In this document: piece after piece, positions 1-9,819 of the stretch | Position numbering within the stretch: the first letter of the stretch is position 1 | Layout: each line of letters begins with the position of its first letter | DNA from: a virus | Length of the DNA: 64,000 nucleotides | Reading direction: 5' to 3' (one strand) | Virus record (IMG/VR): IMGVR_UViG_3300020037_009719 | Location: 1,663-65,662 of that record | Translations under genes and position numbers: made by a program | Notes under the pieces: generated by a model | What the model was told of the DNA's origin: nothing | Database searches by the model: none | What the model saw: the letters and a program-made list of their open reading frames with translations, nothing else

Positions 1-79
1 AGTTTCTAATTGGATTAATAATTTCACTTAGTCCTTGGTTAATCATTTATACTTTTGTAAAAATATTAAAATAAAATTT

Positions 80-667
80 ATGCAACATTTCACAAGCGAT
101 TTACATTTCTTTCACAAATTAATGATGAAAGAAAGAAATTTTTCTTCATTAGAAGAAATGAATCAATCACTCATAGACAGTTGGAATAAAGCAGTAAATA
201 AGCAAGATGAAGTATGGTTCTTAGGGGACTTATCTTTTAGTAATCCGAGTTTAGCTGCTGAAATTTTAAATAAACTAAACGGTAAAATACACTGGGTATT
301 AGGGAACCATGACCACGGTGATTTTGTGAAAAAGATTTCAAAACTTTACCAATTTGCATCAATTCAAAACGATGCAAAGATTAAAATTGAACCTTGTCAT
401 CTTCAAAAAGATCAACAAGACATTATAATGTATCATTACCCAATTGCTATTTGGAATAAAAGACATTGGGGTGCATATCATTTACATGGACATTCACATG
501 CTCATTATTTTGTCGAAAAAGGTTTTATTCTAGATGTTGGAGTAGATTCAGCGTTTAAAATACTAGGTGAGTATAGACCTTTTTCTTTAGATGAGGTTAT
601 TGCATACATGAAAACTAGACAAATAGGTTTAAACTTAGACCATCATGACTCACAATCCCCTAGATAG
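80..667 (+). CDS. calcineurin-like metallophosphoesterase
   Basis: Motifs SDLHF, FLGDLSF, GNHDH typical of metallophosphatases. Track start at 35 is TTG; first in-frame ATG is at 80. Confidence 0.6.
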   Translation: MQHFTSDLHFFHKLMMKERNFSSLEEMNQSLIDSWNKAVNKQDEVWFLGDLSFSNPSLAAEILNKLNGKIHWVLGNHDHGDFVKKISKLYQFASIQNDAKIKIEPCHLQKDQQDIIMYHYPIAIWNKRHWGAYHLHGHSHAHYFVEKGFILDVGVDSAFKILGEYRPFSLDEVIAYMKTRQIGLNLDHHDSQSPR

Positions 668-671
668 TTTT

Positions 672-980
672 ATGAAACCTAAAAGAATTAGTATAGCTTT
701 TGTAAGTGAAATGGACTATTACAGATGTCGGTTTGACTTGTGTATGGAATATAAAGACTACGTTTATCTATACGATACTCAATATGATAACTTTTATTAT
801 ATAGAAGAAAATTTCGTAGGATTACTTTATGATGGTGAATGTTGTGTAATCAGAGATGTTGTTAATAAGAAATCAACATATGCTTTACCAGCAGTGTTAA
901 CAGAAGAGATTTCTTTAGAGTTTAAGTTTAAGTTCAATGAAATTATTCACGATATAAATAAGGAATTGAATGAAAGTTAA
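672..980 (+). CDS. hypothetical small protein with C-terminal INxELN motif
   Basis: ORF; C-terminus ...IIHDINKELNES. The in-frame ATG at 672 avoids overlap with the upstream gene. Confidence 0.45.
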   Translation: MKPKRISIAFVSEMDYYRCRFDLCMEYKDYVYLYDTQYDNFYYIEENFVGLLYDGECCVIRDVVNKKSTYALPAVLTEEISLEFKFKFNEIIHDINKELNES

Positions 981-1278
981 ACTTAAATGGGTCAGTGAAG
1001 AGACTTATATAGCAAAAAAATATTGTATTTATTCACATTATTCCCTTTATGCTTCAGTATGGATGTTACATGAAGATGTTCACTTTCATATTGTAGAAGG
1101 TAATGATAAAAGTAATTCTTATGGGATAGCAAGAAAAGATGGTAATAAAACTCAAGACTTTGGTAATTTAATAGGAAGCATAGATGGGTACCAAGTAGTT
1201 TATCTTAGTAAAGAATTGTTTGATGAAGTGACGAGTGTTATAATACAAATAAATAATGAATTAAACCAAGAAATATGA
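970..1278 (+). CDS. hypothetical small protein with C-terminal INxELN motif
   Basis: ORF; C-terminus ...VIIQINNELNQEI; overlaps the next start. Confidence 0.45.
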   Translation: MKVKLKWVSEETYIAKKYCIYSHYSLYASVWMLHEDVHFHIVEGNDKSNSYGIARKDGNKTQDFGNLIGSIDGYQVVYLSKELFDEVTSVIIQINNELNQEI

Positions 1279-1469
1279 AAAATCAAGAAAATCAAGAAAA
1301 AGACATTCTTCAAGAAAGAAAAGAATTAGTGCAAGATGTAATCGATCGAGAGATAAAGTACGGTGAACAATACAAAAAAGCATTGAGAGAGTTTAATAAA
1401 AAATTTCCAACAGTTCGTGTAGAACCTAATTATGCACAATTTTCCTCTAAATCAGAAGAAACAATATAG
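1275..1469 (+). CDS. hypothetical protein
   Basis: Short ORF translationally coupled to the previous gene. Confidence 0.35.
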   Translation: MKNQENQEKDILQERKELVQDVIDREIKYGEQYKKALREFNKKFPTVRVEPNYAQFSSKSEETI

Positions 1470-1496
1470 GAAACATTTTTACATTCAGGAGAGAGA

Positions 1497-1531
1497 AGCT
1501 ATTTAAGTAAATTAAATAGCTTTTTCTTTTT
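1497..1531 (+). terminator. rho-independent terminator
   Basis: agctatttaa-gtaaa-ttaaatagct 10-bp perfect stem followed by a T-run. Confidence 0.6.
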
Positions 1532-1582
1532 CTTGTTATTCTAACCTAGTTTTAACATATTTAAGTTTAAACATTATACTTA

Positions 1583-2230
1583 ATGAATAAATTTGAAAAT
1601 TTAGAAGGTGGAGAATTAGCAGCTCGCTTAACTTCTGCACAACGTATGGATTTAATCCAAAAAGGTTATAATCCTTTATCACCGGAAGATGTTCAACGCT
1701 ATTTAAAAAGACAAAAACCTGCTGAAGGTTTACATGAAATAGCAGGTGTAAATCAATACAAACGTTTAGGTGGTGGGTTAGATTTAGCAGCTGAAGATAG
1801 GGGTTTAGTTGGTGATGATTATAGTGGATTTACAGAGTCAGCAGACCCAAGACAAGTTATGAAAGAGAAAATGAATAACTCTGGTAATTCATTTGGTAAA
1901 GATTTAGATCAAAGATTAATGTCTCGTTTAGGTGATTCTTTTCAAGAAAAGAAACAACCTAAATCTTTGCAAGATGATTCTTATAAAAAAGCAACTTTAA
2001 TTACAGAAGCTAATAAAGCTAAAAATATAGGGTATACAATAGGTGTTCGTTATATTAATGCTTTTATTGAAAATATAAAAAATCCAAGTGCAAACAGTAG
2101 AGCTGTAATTGCAAAAGAGATGTCTAATATGCAACAATTGGAAAGTAAAATGCACTCTTCAGTATTAAAAGAATATAGAGCTGGGATTGCACAAGCTGAA
2201 ACTGATTTATATTCAAAGATAAAAAAATAA
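1583..2230 (+). CDS. hypothetical protein
   Basis: 215-aa ORF, no recognisable motif. Confidence 0.5.
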   Translation: MNKFENLEGGELAARLTSAQRMDLIQKGYNPLSPEDVQRYLKRQKPAEGLHEIAGVNQYKRLGGGLDLAAEDRGLVGDDYSGFTESADPRQVMKEKMNNSGNSFGKDLDQRLMSRLGDSFQEKKQPKSLQDDSYKKATLITEANKAKNIGYTIGVRYINAFIENIKNPSANSRAVIAKEMSNMQQLESKMHSSVLKEYRAGIAQAETDLYSKIKK

Positions 2231-3255
2231 TGTTACATGAAAACATATCTGATAAAGATATTGAAAACTTCTTAGAAGGAAAAGGCACTAAAGAGCTTTT
2301 AAAATTTTTAACTGAAAATCAAACAGTTATTCGCTCTTTAGAACATGCTTATCATTTTGATTATAATGAAGAAAATATGATTCCAATAGAACATTGGAAT
2401 TTCTTCGTTAATGCTTTATCTAAACTTATTCAAGTTGAAGAGTTTCAATCTTCTTGTAAAGAAGTTAATTGTAAGTTGTATGCATTAAAGCAGTTTTCAA
2501 AAGTAAAACTATCGATAGCTTCTTCTGCAGAAGAAACATTAAAATTTGAATTAAAGAAATATTTCCCTTTATTATATACAGAAAACGGGGAAGAGTTTTC
2601 TAACACTTTTTTTAGTTTACCTTTTGAATTTACAGCATTAGTAGTTAGATATTTAGCAAATGTTAAATTCCCTAAAGAGAAAAAAAACTTAACACCTTTA
2701 TTGAAAACAGCAGAAGCTTATTTCCATGAATTAATTAAAGTAAAGAATAGATTTTTGTTAAACATTAATGATGTTTCACAAGGAAGAGGTGAAACTATTA
2801 ATATTGTAGAATTACAAGCACTTTTAGATACAAGAGCGTTTTATGAATATAACCCGTTAAATGTTGCAGCATTAGAGTTTATTATGCGTATATTAGTAAA
2901 CAAAGGGTCTAAGCAAAAATTGGAAGATGAATTTGGTAAACCTAAAGTGGAATTATTAAGACAGCAAGTGTTATCTCAACCTTCATATATTCAATATTTA
3001 GGGGAAATAAGAGATAACCAAACTCAAACATATTTTACTAAACAGGGGTTACAAAATAAAAATAGAGATAATACTTTTAATGAATTATGTATGCAATATT
3101 TTTTTCCAGAAAAATATATTCCAGATAATTCTAATGAAAACAATCAAGAGCAAGGGTCTAAACCAGTAGAGCAACCAGTTGCTACTGAACCAGAAACACC
3201 TACAGCAGAACAACCAAGTCAAGAAGAGTTATTAAATCCTCCAGCAGAAAATTAA
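2230..3255 (+). CDS. hypothetical protein
   Basis: 341-aa ORF, ATGA-coupled to upstream gene; acidic Pro/Glu-rich C-terminus. Confidence 0.5.
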   Translation: MLHENISDKDIENFLEGKGTKELLKFLTENQTVIRSLEHAYHFDYNEENMIPIEHWNFFVNALSKLIQVEEFQSSCKEVNCKLYALKQFSKVKLSIASSAEETLKFELKKYFPLLYTENGEEFSNTFFSLPFEFTALVVRYLANVKFPKEKKNLTPLLKTAEAYFHELIKVKNRFLLNINDVSQGRGETINIVELQALLDTRAFYEYNPLNVAALEFIMRILVNKGSKQKLEDEFGKPKVELLRQQVLSQPSYIQYLGEIRDNQTQTYFTKQGLQNKNRDNTFNELCMQYFFPEKYIPDNSNENNQEQGSKPVEQPVATEPETPTAEQPSQEELLNPPAEN

Positions 3256-3334
3256 TTTTAAGTTGGTAGAAAGAAAAAAGTGCCTATATTTAGCTATGTG
3301 ATAGTTAATAAAACCTATTAAAGGTTAAAGATAT

Positions 3335-3407
3335 ATGCGGGGTGGTGTAATTGGAAGCACGATGGGCTCATTATCCATAGATTTCGTTCGAGTCGGACCC
3401 CGCACCT
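3335..3407 (+). ncRNA. tRNA-like element (degenerate tRNA, CAT anticodon loop?)
   Basis: TGCGGGG...CCCCGCA 7-8 bp closing stem. D-like hairpin GTGT-AATTGGAA-GCAC. Anticodon-like hairpin ATGGG-CTCATTA-TCCAT. T-arm does not fold canonically. Confidence 0.3.
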
Positions 3408-3449
3408 AGGTAACTCTTTGAAATTTTGCATATTTATTGTAAAATATAA

Positions 3450-4103
3450 ATGGCAAATTTCAAAGAGACAAAAAAACACCATTACCTATATAAAACTACG
3501 AATACACTTAATAATACCTATTACATAGGTATTCATTCAACAAACAATTTAGACGATAATTATCTTGGTTCTGGGACAAGACTGTGGAGAGCTATCCGAA
3601 AACATGGTAAAGAAAATTTTAAAAAAGAAATTTTAGAATATTTTGACTCAAGAAAAGTTTTGTTGCAAAGGGAATCAGAAGTTGTAAATTCTGACTTGTT
3701 AAAAGAACCTTTATGTATGAATTTAAAACCAGGTGGAGGAAGTTGTGGTTTTTGTAGTGAGGAGCATGCATATAAATTCCATGCTGCAGGTGGAAGGGCT
3801 GTAAGGAGATTATTATCACTCAGACACAGTGAAAAAATGAAAACTGACCCTGAATATAAAAGTTTTTTTCGACAAAGAATAAGAGATTCTTACAAAAACA
3901 GGTATGGGTCTTTTAAAGGTAGAACTCATAGTGATGAAGTAAAGGTAAAAATTGGTAAAACAAACAGTATAAAGCAAAAAGGGGAAAAGAACAGTCAATA
4001 TGGAACTTGCTGGGTTACTAAAGAAGGAATAAATAAAAAAATTAAAAAAGAAGAATTAGATACTTTTACTTTACAAGGTTGGAGTAAAGGTAGGTTTAAA
4101 TAA
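3450..4103 (+). CDS. GIY-YIG homing endonuclease
   Basis: N-terminal YLYKTTN...YYIGIHST (GIY-YIG-type) motif and a basic C-terminal DNA-binding region. Confidence 0.7.
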   Translation: MANFKETKKHHYLYKTTNTLNNTYYIGIHSTNNLDDNYLGSGTRLWRAIRKHGKENFKKEILEYFDSRKVLLQRESEVVNSDLLKEPLCMNLKPGGGSCGFCSEEHAYKFHAAGGRAVRRLLSLRHSEKMKTDPEYKSFFRQRIRDSYKNRYGSFKGRTHSDEVKVKIGKTNSIKQKGEKNSQYGTCWVTKEGINKKIKKEELDTFTLQGWSKGRFK

Positions 4104-4125
4104 TAGAAAACTATTTTTATCTTGA

Positions 4126-4160
4126 AAAAGCTCCAAAGTTTTGGAGCTTTTTCTTTTTTT
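4126..4160 (+). terminator. rho-independent terminator
   Basis: aaaagctccaaa-g-tttggagctttt hairpin followed by a T-run. Confidence 0.65.
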
Positions 4161-4240
4161 ATTGTTTTTCTTCTATATGTTTCATATCTTTACTTAAACA
4201 CAAATTAAACAAAGTGTTAAAAAAAATTATTAATATAATA

Positions 4241-4960
4241 ATGGGGAAAGAAAATAAAAAGTCTGAATCAAGTAAAGATGATGGTTTGCAGACGTTAAAA
4301 ACGACTGTTAAAGTTAACACGATAGATAGTACGGTAAATAGTGCTACAGTTAAACAAGCTTTCGATGATAAAGAAGGGGTTCAGAAAAGTCAAGTTAAAT
4401 CAACTAAAACTACAACACCCCCAGTTGCACCAGCTCCTATGCAACCGCCACCATCTGTTATTGAGGAAAAAGATTTAGTTCAAGAAACAAATTACACTCG
4501 AACTATTATTCATAAAAACGAAGAACCAGTAGTTGAGTTGGTTTATGAAATCACTTTTATTGAAACTCAAAGTCAAGGTAAAGTTGATAGAACTGTTTAT
4601 ACAAAAGACGTTCCTATCTTCAAAACAAAAAATGTATTATTCGTTTCTAATCTTTTTGGAAGAGAAAATTTAAAAGAAATTGTTTTAAGAAAAAGAGAAA
4701 TTAAAGCTTCTTGTAAAAAACCTTTAGCTGAAACTGAATTTGAATTAGATTTAAGAAATGGTGTTCTTGTGAAAGTTATACCTGAACAACCTTGGATGAA
4801 TTCTGATTATGAATCTACAAAAAAAACATTTGATGAAATGGTTTTAAAGGCTTATAGAGAATTATCTTCTTTAGTTAAACCAGAGCAAGGTAATGATAAA
4901 GGTAAAAGAAGCGATGTAGGATTTACAAACGGTAGACCGCAAATAATAGATTTAGACTAA
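4241..4960 (+). CDS. hypothetical protein (Pro-rich linker)
   Basis: ORF; track start 4214 is GTG, first in-frame ATG is 4241. Confidence 0.45.
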   Translation: MGKENKKSESSKDDGLQTLKTTVKVNTIDSTVNSATVKQAFDDKEGVQKSQVKSTKTTTPPVAPAPMQPPPSVIEEKDLVQETNYTRTIIHKNEEPVVELVYEITFIETQSQGKVDRTVYTKDVPIFKTKNVLFVSNLFGRENLKEIVLRKREIKASCKKPLAETEFELDLRNGVLVKVIPEQPWMNSDYESTKKTFDEMVLKAYRELSSLVKPEQGNDKGKRSDVGFTNGRPQIIDLD

Positions 4961-4975
4961 TATAAAAAATAAACT

Positions 4976-5473
4976 ATGAAATTAATTACAGAAGAAGGTA
5001 TCAGTTCATTAGAAAAGACATTACAGTTAAACTGTTTAACAGATAGATGTCATTTAACTTTAAAGTTTCTAGGAACATCTACAACAGACATTCAAACAGC
5101 TATTGATATCCTTAATTCCCTTAAGATTAAGAGTGTTTCTTCTGATAAAACACTCTTTGTTAAGCAAGAAGATTTACTAACAGTTCACCCAGAGTTCTTC
5201 AAAGAAGAAAGAGTATGGTTATCCCAAAGTAATACTATAGCAACATTAACTAAGGAAATGGACCAGCAAAGGTTAAGTAATTGTGTAGGTTTACTAGATC
5301 TTTTCTTAAAAACAAATCGCATTGCAAAAGATAATGCTGATGATTATCTCAAAAGATTAGAAGAAGCAATTGTACCTGAATTGGTTGAAAGATTTGATAG
5401 TGAAATACTTCCGTACAAACCACACTACGATTGGGAGAGAAAGCTTTTACTTGAAGTAGAAAAGGTTTCTTAA
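4976..5473 (+). CDS. hypothetical protein
   Basis: 165-aa ORF. Confidence 0.45.
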   Translation: MKLITEEGISSLEKTLQLNCLTDRCHLTLKFLGTSTTDIQTAIDILNSLKIKSVSSDKTLFVKQEDLLTVHPEFFKEERVWLSQSNTIATLTKEMDQQRLSNCVGLLDLFLKTNRIAKDNADDYLKRLEEAIVPELVERFDSEILPYKPHYDWERKLLLEVEKVS

Positions 5474-5522
5474 GTAAGAAAAAATTGTTAGTTCTATGAT
5501 ATTTAAAAGAAAGTGACTAACA

Positions 5523-5867
5523 ATGGCTCAAGATTTGATTATAGGTCAAGAAAAAAACTTCATTCAAGAATATCATGCAAAATTAAAAGTTTTGCAAAAT
5601 ACTATCCCTGATGATTGGACTTATTATACTAAAGTCACAATCTCTACTGCTGTGTTAAATAACTTTTATGAGTTAAATGTTTTATTCCACCCGCAAAGTT
5701 TAAGTAAACATAAAACATGGAGTAAACCTGCAATTTCAGATAAAGAGTTGAAAGAAACGTTACAAGATATAATTACTTATGAACTTTCCACAGAATCTTG
5801 GTTACTTTCACAAATTGAATTAGAGAAAACTATCCTATTGTTTCGTAAAATAGAACAAAAGCTATAA
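5523..5867 (+). CDS. hypothetical protein
   Basis: 114-aa ORF. Confidence 0.4.
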   Translation: MAQDLIIGQEKNFIQEYHAKLKVLQNTIPDDWTYYTKVTISTAVLNNFYELNVLFHPQSLSKHKTWSKPAISDKELKETLQDIITYELSTESWLLSQIELEKTILLFRKIEQKL

Positions 5868-5920
5868 CTTAAGTTTATTTTAAACGTTCTTTTTCTTATT
5901 TTTACGATAAATAAAATACA

Positions 5921-8900
5921 ATGGAAAAGATTCATGTTTGCTCATCACCTAATTGTTCCCATTCTTCTCATAAAAATAGACCAATGGTCAACCCACATAT
6001 TCACAGTGGGTTTTCTTTATTAGACGGGGCAGCTAAAACAAGTGATTATATAAAGTTAGCTAAAGAATATGGACATCCAGCTTTAGCTATAACAGATCAT
6101 GGTAACCCAGCTGGTTTGTATGACCATTATAAACAGGTTAAAGCTGCAGGTTTAAAACCTATCTTAGGGGAAGAGTTTTATTTAGCATTAGATATTACAG
6201 AAAGAGTTCCTAACAGATTAAGAGAACCTCATAAAAGAGATAAACATCAAACAGTTTTAATTCAAAATCAAGAAGGTTATAAAAACTTCTGTAAGTTAAC
6301 ATATTTGAGTTTTACAGAAGGTTATTATGCAAAACCTAGAATTGATTATGACATGTTGTTTCAATATGGAAATGGTTTAGTTATAACTTCTGGTTGTGCG
6401 GCTAGTATTTTCAATCAACTATTAAATTTAGGGAAAGAAACAGAAGCAGAAGAATGGTTTGTTAAATTTGTTAAACGATTTGGTGCTAATTTTTATGGAG
6501 AGATACAGTTTAATGAATTGTTAGACAAAGAAAAGTATGGTATGAATCAAAAACAAATGAATGATTTTATCATTAAAATGTCTAACAAGTATGATATACC
6601 TTTATTAATTGGTGGAGATACTCATTATGCTTATAAGGAAGATGCAAAATTGCAAGACGTGTTAATTGCAGCACAAAGACGTAAAGACGGGGTTGCAGAA
6701 GTAGAAGAGGATAATGAAGAAAAGAAAAAAGATTTTATTATTCATGCAAGACATTTATACTATCATCAATCAGAAGATTATTATAATTTCAACAAAGAGT
6801 TTGGTTACAATTATGATGAAGGTTTGATAACTCAAGCTTTAGATAATTCTATTAAGTTAGCTGATTCAATAAATTTTGAATTTGAAACAGGTAAAGTTAA
6901 CTTCCCTAAATTCAACACGAATGACCCTAAAAAAACTTCTCATCAATTATTAGAAGAGCATGCTTGGGCAGGTTTGATGCAAAAACTACAACTTAGAAGA
7001 GATAAAGGGGAAGAAATCTCTAATGATAAAATTACTGAATATGAAAAACGATTAGATTACGAATTAGAAGTAATTAAAGATAAACAATTTAGTGATTATT
7101 TTTTAATTGTAGAAGATTTATTGAAATGGGCACGTCAAGAAGGTATTGGTGTAGGTGTTGGTCGTGGTTCTTGTGGTGGTAGTTTATTAGCATACGCTTT
7201 AGATATTATTGCTCTTTCACCTGTTAAGTATGATTTATATTTCGAACGTTTTCTTAACCCACAAAGAGAAAGTGCTGTAGATATCGATTTAGATATTGAA
7301 AATGGTGGTAGGGAGAAAATTAGACATTACTTAGAAGATAAGTATGGTAAAGAATCTGTTTTAGGTGTAGTAACTTTCCATTTATATGGACCTAAATCAG
7401 CATTACAAGATGCATCAAGAGGGTTGAAGAGAGATACTTCTTTTGAGTCTACATTAATGAAAGAGGTTACAAAGTTACCTGACTTAGATGAACAAAAAGA
7501 TTTAGTAACATATTTCCAAAAAGTATATAAAACTTCAACTTCTGAAACAGTTTTAAAGTGGTGTGAAGACAATCAAGATACAATTCTTTACGCTAATAAA
7601 TTGTTAGGTCAACCTAAAAATCTAGGAACTCATGCTGGTGGAATTTTAATTGCCCCAGGGCCTGTTTATGATTATATCCCTGTTACTAGAGGAGGTGGTG
7701 AGGTTGTTACTGCATTTAAAGAAGCAGATGGTTCATCTAAAGATTTATCTGAACTAGGATTATTGAAGTTAGATGTTTTAGGTTTGAGAACATTAAACGT
7801 TATAAATAATTGCGTTAAAAAAATTAAAATAGATTTAGGTGTAGATTTAAAACAAGAAATATTAGACTTAGATTTGAGTAACCCTGAATTGTTTGAATTG
7901 ATTCAAAAAGGTAATTTGTATGGTTTATTTCAATTAGACGGAGGAGCTTCACCTTTGGTTAAGATGATTAAACCAAATCGATTTGAAGATATTGTAGCTA
8001 TTAACTCTTTAAATCGACCAGGTCCACTAGAAACATTTGGACCTGTTTATGCAAAGTGGAAAAGACATTATGAAGAAGGGAAACCAGAAAAGTGTAAAGA
8101 AGATGAAATTTACCCTAAACTAGACTTTATGTTGAAAGCAACAAAAGAAAGTTATGGTGCATTAATTTTCCAAGAACAATTTATGTTTATGGTCAAAGAT
8201 GCAGCAGGGTTTAATTTAGGTGAAGCAGATAATTTTAGAAGAGCTATTGCTTGGACTAAAGATCATCCTAAATATTATACAGTGAAAAAATACTTTGATA
8301 CATTAGAAACAAAAATGCTTGAAAAAGGTTATTCCCAAGCAGACGTTGATTATTTTGTTGATTATTGTAGAAAATTCATGGGTTATTCTTTTAATAAATC
8401 CCATGCTTTGTTCTATAGTTATACAGGTATGCAATGTGTTTACTTAAAAAAGTATTACCCTGCATATTTCTATGCTGAGTTAGCTAATGTAGAAAGTCAT
8501 GAAAAGATAAGAGAAATTGTAGTTGATGCAATAGCAAATGGAATTAATGTTTTAGCTCCTTCTGTTACTAAATCACAACATGGATTTTCAGTTGAAAATG
8601 AAAAAACTATCAGAATGGGTTTCAATGCTTTAAAAGGTTTTGGTGACAAGGCGTATGAAGAATTAGTAACCCTTAAAGTTAGTGATAGTAAAAACATTTA
8701 TGATATTTTAACTTTACCATTTAAAAAATTAAACGTATCTGCATTTCAATCTTTAATAGATGTAGGTGCATTCGATGAGTTTGGTGTTGAGAGAGAAAAG
8801 ATTGAAAGTATAAGAGCTTTATATAAAGACCCAAAAATAGAAAAATGGTTTACTCGTAAAAGAAAACCATTAGACTTAACAACTATGCCACCTTCTTTAT

Positions 8901-9379
8901 TAGATTTCCCTGAAGAAGTTGTTATGGGGTTAGCAGAAAAACATAAAGATGATCCGGATCATTGGAAAAAACTAATTCATGAATTAATTCCTTTCATTAA
9001 AGTTAAACCTCTTAAAGAAGAGGTTAAAAATAATCGTGAGGAAAACATATTAGGATTTAGTTTAAAACAGGTAAGTAGTTTAGCGGAGTTACTTACTTTA
9101 GCAGAAAAATACCCTACCTTAAACTTAAAATCTCTAAGTCTTCATAATAATGAATCAGATTTATGTTATTGGAGTTTGGTAAAAAGAACTGTTCTAAAAA
9201 CAAAAAGGGGAAAAGAATATTTAAACTTAGAAATATCTGACGGTAGTACCACAATAAAAGCTAAATGTTGGGATATGCTTGATTTGAAAAAAGGAAAAGC
9301 ATACGTAAGTAATTTGAAAAAAGATTTATACGGGTATACTATTATTAACAATGGTTTATTAACAGAGATAGATTTGTAA
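5921..9379 (+). CDS. dnaE: DNA polymerase III alpha subunit (DnaE-type, N-terminal PHP domain)
   Basis: 1152 aa. PHP motifs HIHSGFSLLDGA and ALAITDHGN. Central polymerase core with GDxHY-like 'LIGGDTHYAY'. C-terminal OB-like region. Alternative start at 5984 (MVNPHIHS). Confidence 0.85.
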   Translation: MEKIHVCSSPNCSHSSHKNRPMVNPHIHSGFSLLDGAAKTSDYIKLAKEYGHPALAITDHGNPAGLYDHYKQVKAAGLKPILGEEFYLALDITERVPNRLREPHKRDKHQTVLIQNQEGYKNFCKLTYLSFTEGYYAKPRIDYDMLFQYGNGLVITSGCAASIFNQLLNLGKETEAEEWFVKFVKRFGANFYGEIQFNELLDKEKYGMNQKQMNDFIIKMSNKYDIPLLIGGDTHYAYKEDAKLQDVLIAAQRRKDGVAEVEEDNEEKKKDFIIHARHLYYHQSEDYYNFNKEFGYNYDEGLITQALDNSIKLADSINFEFETGKVNFPKFNTNDPKKTSHQLLEEHAWAGLMQKLQLRRDKGEEISNDKITEYEKRLDYELEVIKDKQFSDYFLIVEDLLKWARQEGIGVGVGRGSCGGSLLAYALDIIALSPVKYDLYFERFLNPQRESAVDIDLDIENGGREKIRHYLEDKYGKESVLGVVTFHLYGPKSALQDASRGLKRDTSFESTLMKEVTKLPDLDEQKDLVTYFQKVYKTSTSETVLKWCEDNQDTILYANKLLGQPKNLGTHAGGILIAPGPVYDYIPVTRGGGEVVTAFKEADGSSKDLSELGLLKLDVLGLRTLNVINNCVKKIKIDLGVDLKQEILDLDLSNPELFELIQKGNLYGLFQLDGGASPLVKMIKPNRFEDIVAINSLNRPGPLETFGPVYAKWKRHYEEGKPEKCKEDEIYPKLDFMLKATKESYGALIFQEQFMFMVKDAAGFNLGEADNFRRAIAWTKDHPKYYTVKKYFDTLETKMLEKGYSQADVDYFVDYCRKFMGYSFNKSHALFYSYTGMQCVYLKKYYPAYFYAELANVESHEKIREIVVDAIANGINVLAPSVTKSQHGFSVENEKTIRMGFNALKGFGDKAYEELVTLKVSDSKNIYDILTLPFKKLNVSAFQSLIDVGAFDEFGVEREKIESIRALYKDPKIEKWFTRKRKPLDLTTMPPSLLDFPEEVVMGLAEKHKDDPDHWKKLIHELIPFIKVKPLKEEVKNNREENILGFSLKQVSSLAELLTLAEKYPTLNLKSLSLHNNESDLCYWSLVKRTVLKTKRGKEYLNLEISDGSTTIKAKCWDMLDLKKGKAYVSNLKKDLYGYTIINNGLLTEIDL

Positions 9380-9819
9380 TGTCTTTAGAGGATTTAATAG
9401 AAAAAAGCGTTAAAGATGAAAAAAGGATAAGGGAAGAACACTTAGTGTTAGAAAGCTATCAACGTTCTAACCCTTGGGTCGTAAATTCTTTATTATCTCA
9501 ACTAGAAGAAGAAGGGTATCCAAAGATCCCTTCTTTTGAAGAAGCAGTTTCCTTAAGAGAAGAATATCTTTTAACTGATTTAAGTAAAGTATACTCGCAA
9601 ATAAAAAAACGTAACCCTTTATTGATTGATAGAGGGCAAGAAGAAGTTTATTTTTATTCTGTCAAAAAAAATCTATATAAACAACAACAAAAAAAAGGTT
9701 TATCTTTAGGGGATAAAGATACTAGTGGAAATTTAGTATCAGGTAGCAATATTGTCTTAGAAGTAGCTACTGTTAACCTGAAAGATTTTCTATATACTTA
9801 TTATCAAACAAGAAATTAA
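9379..9819 (+). CDS. hypothetical protein
   Basis: 146-aa ORF ATGA-coupled to dnaE. Confidence 0.45.
   Translation: MSLEDLIEKSVKDEKRIREEHLVLESYQRSNPWVVNSLLSQLEEEGYPKIPSFEEAVSLREEYLLTDLSKVYSQIKKRNPLLIDRGQEEVYFYSVKKNLYKQQQKKGLSLGDKDTSGNLVSGSNIVLEVATVNLKDFLYTYYQTRN

Noticed and set aside
3619-3998. Two minus-strand ORFs (3619-3819, 3816-3998) inside the GIY-YIG gene
   Set aside because: Low-complexity hydrophobic antisense translations of an AT-rich gene that has a clear motif on the + strand.
7327-9351. Minus-strand ORFs 7327-7572, 8497-8697, 9166-9351 inside dnaE
   Set aside because: Antisense to a confidently identified 1152-aa polymerase gene.
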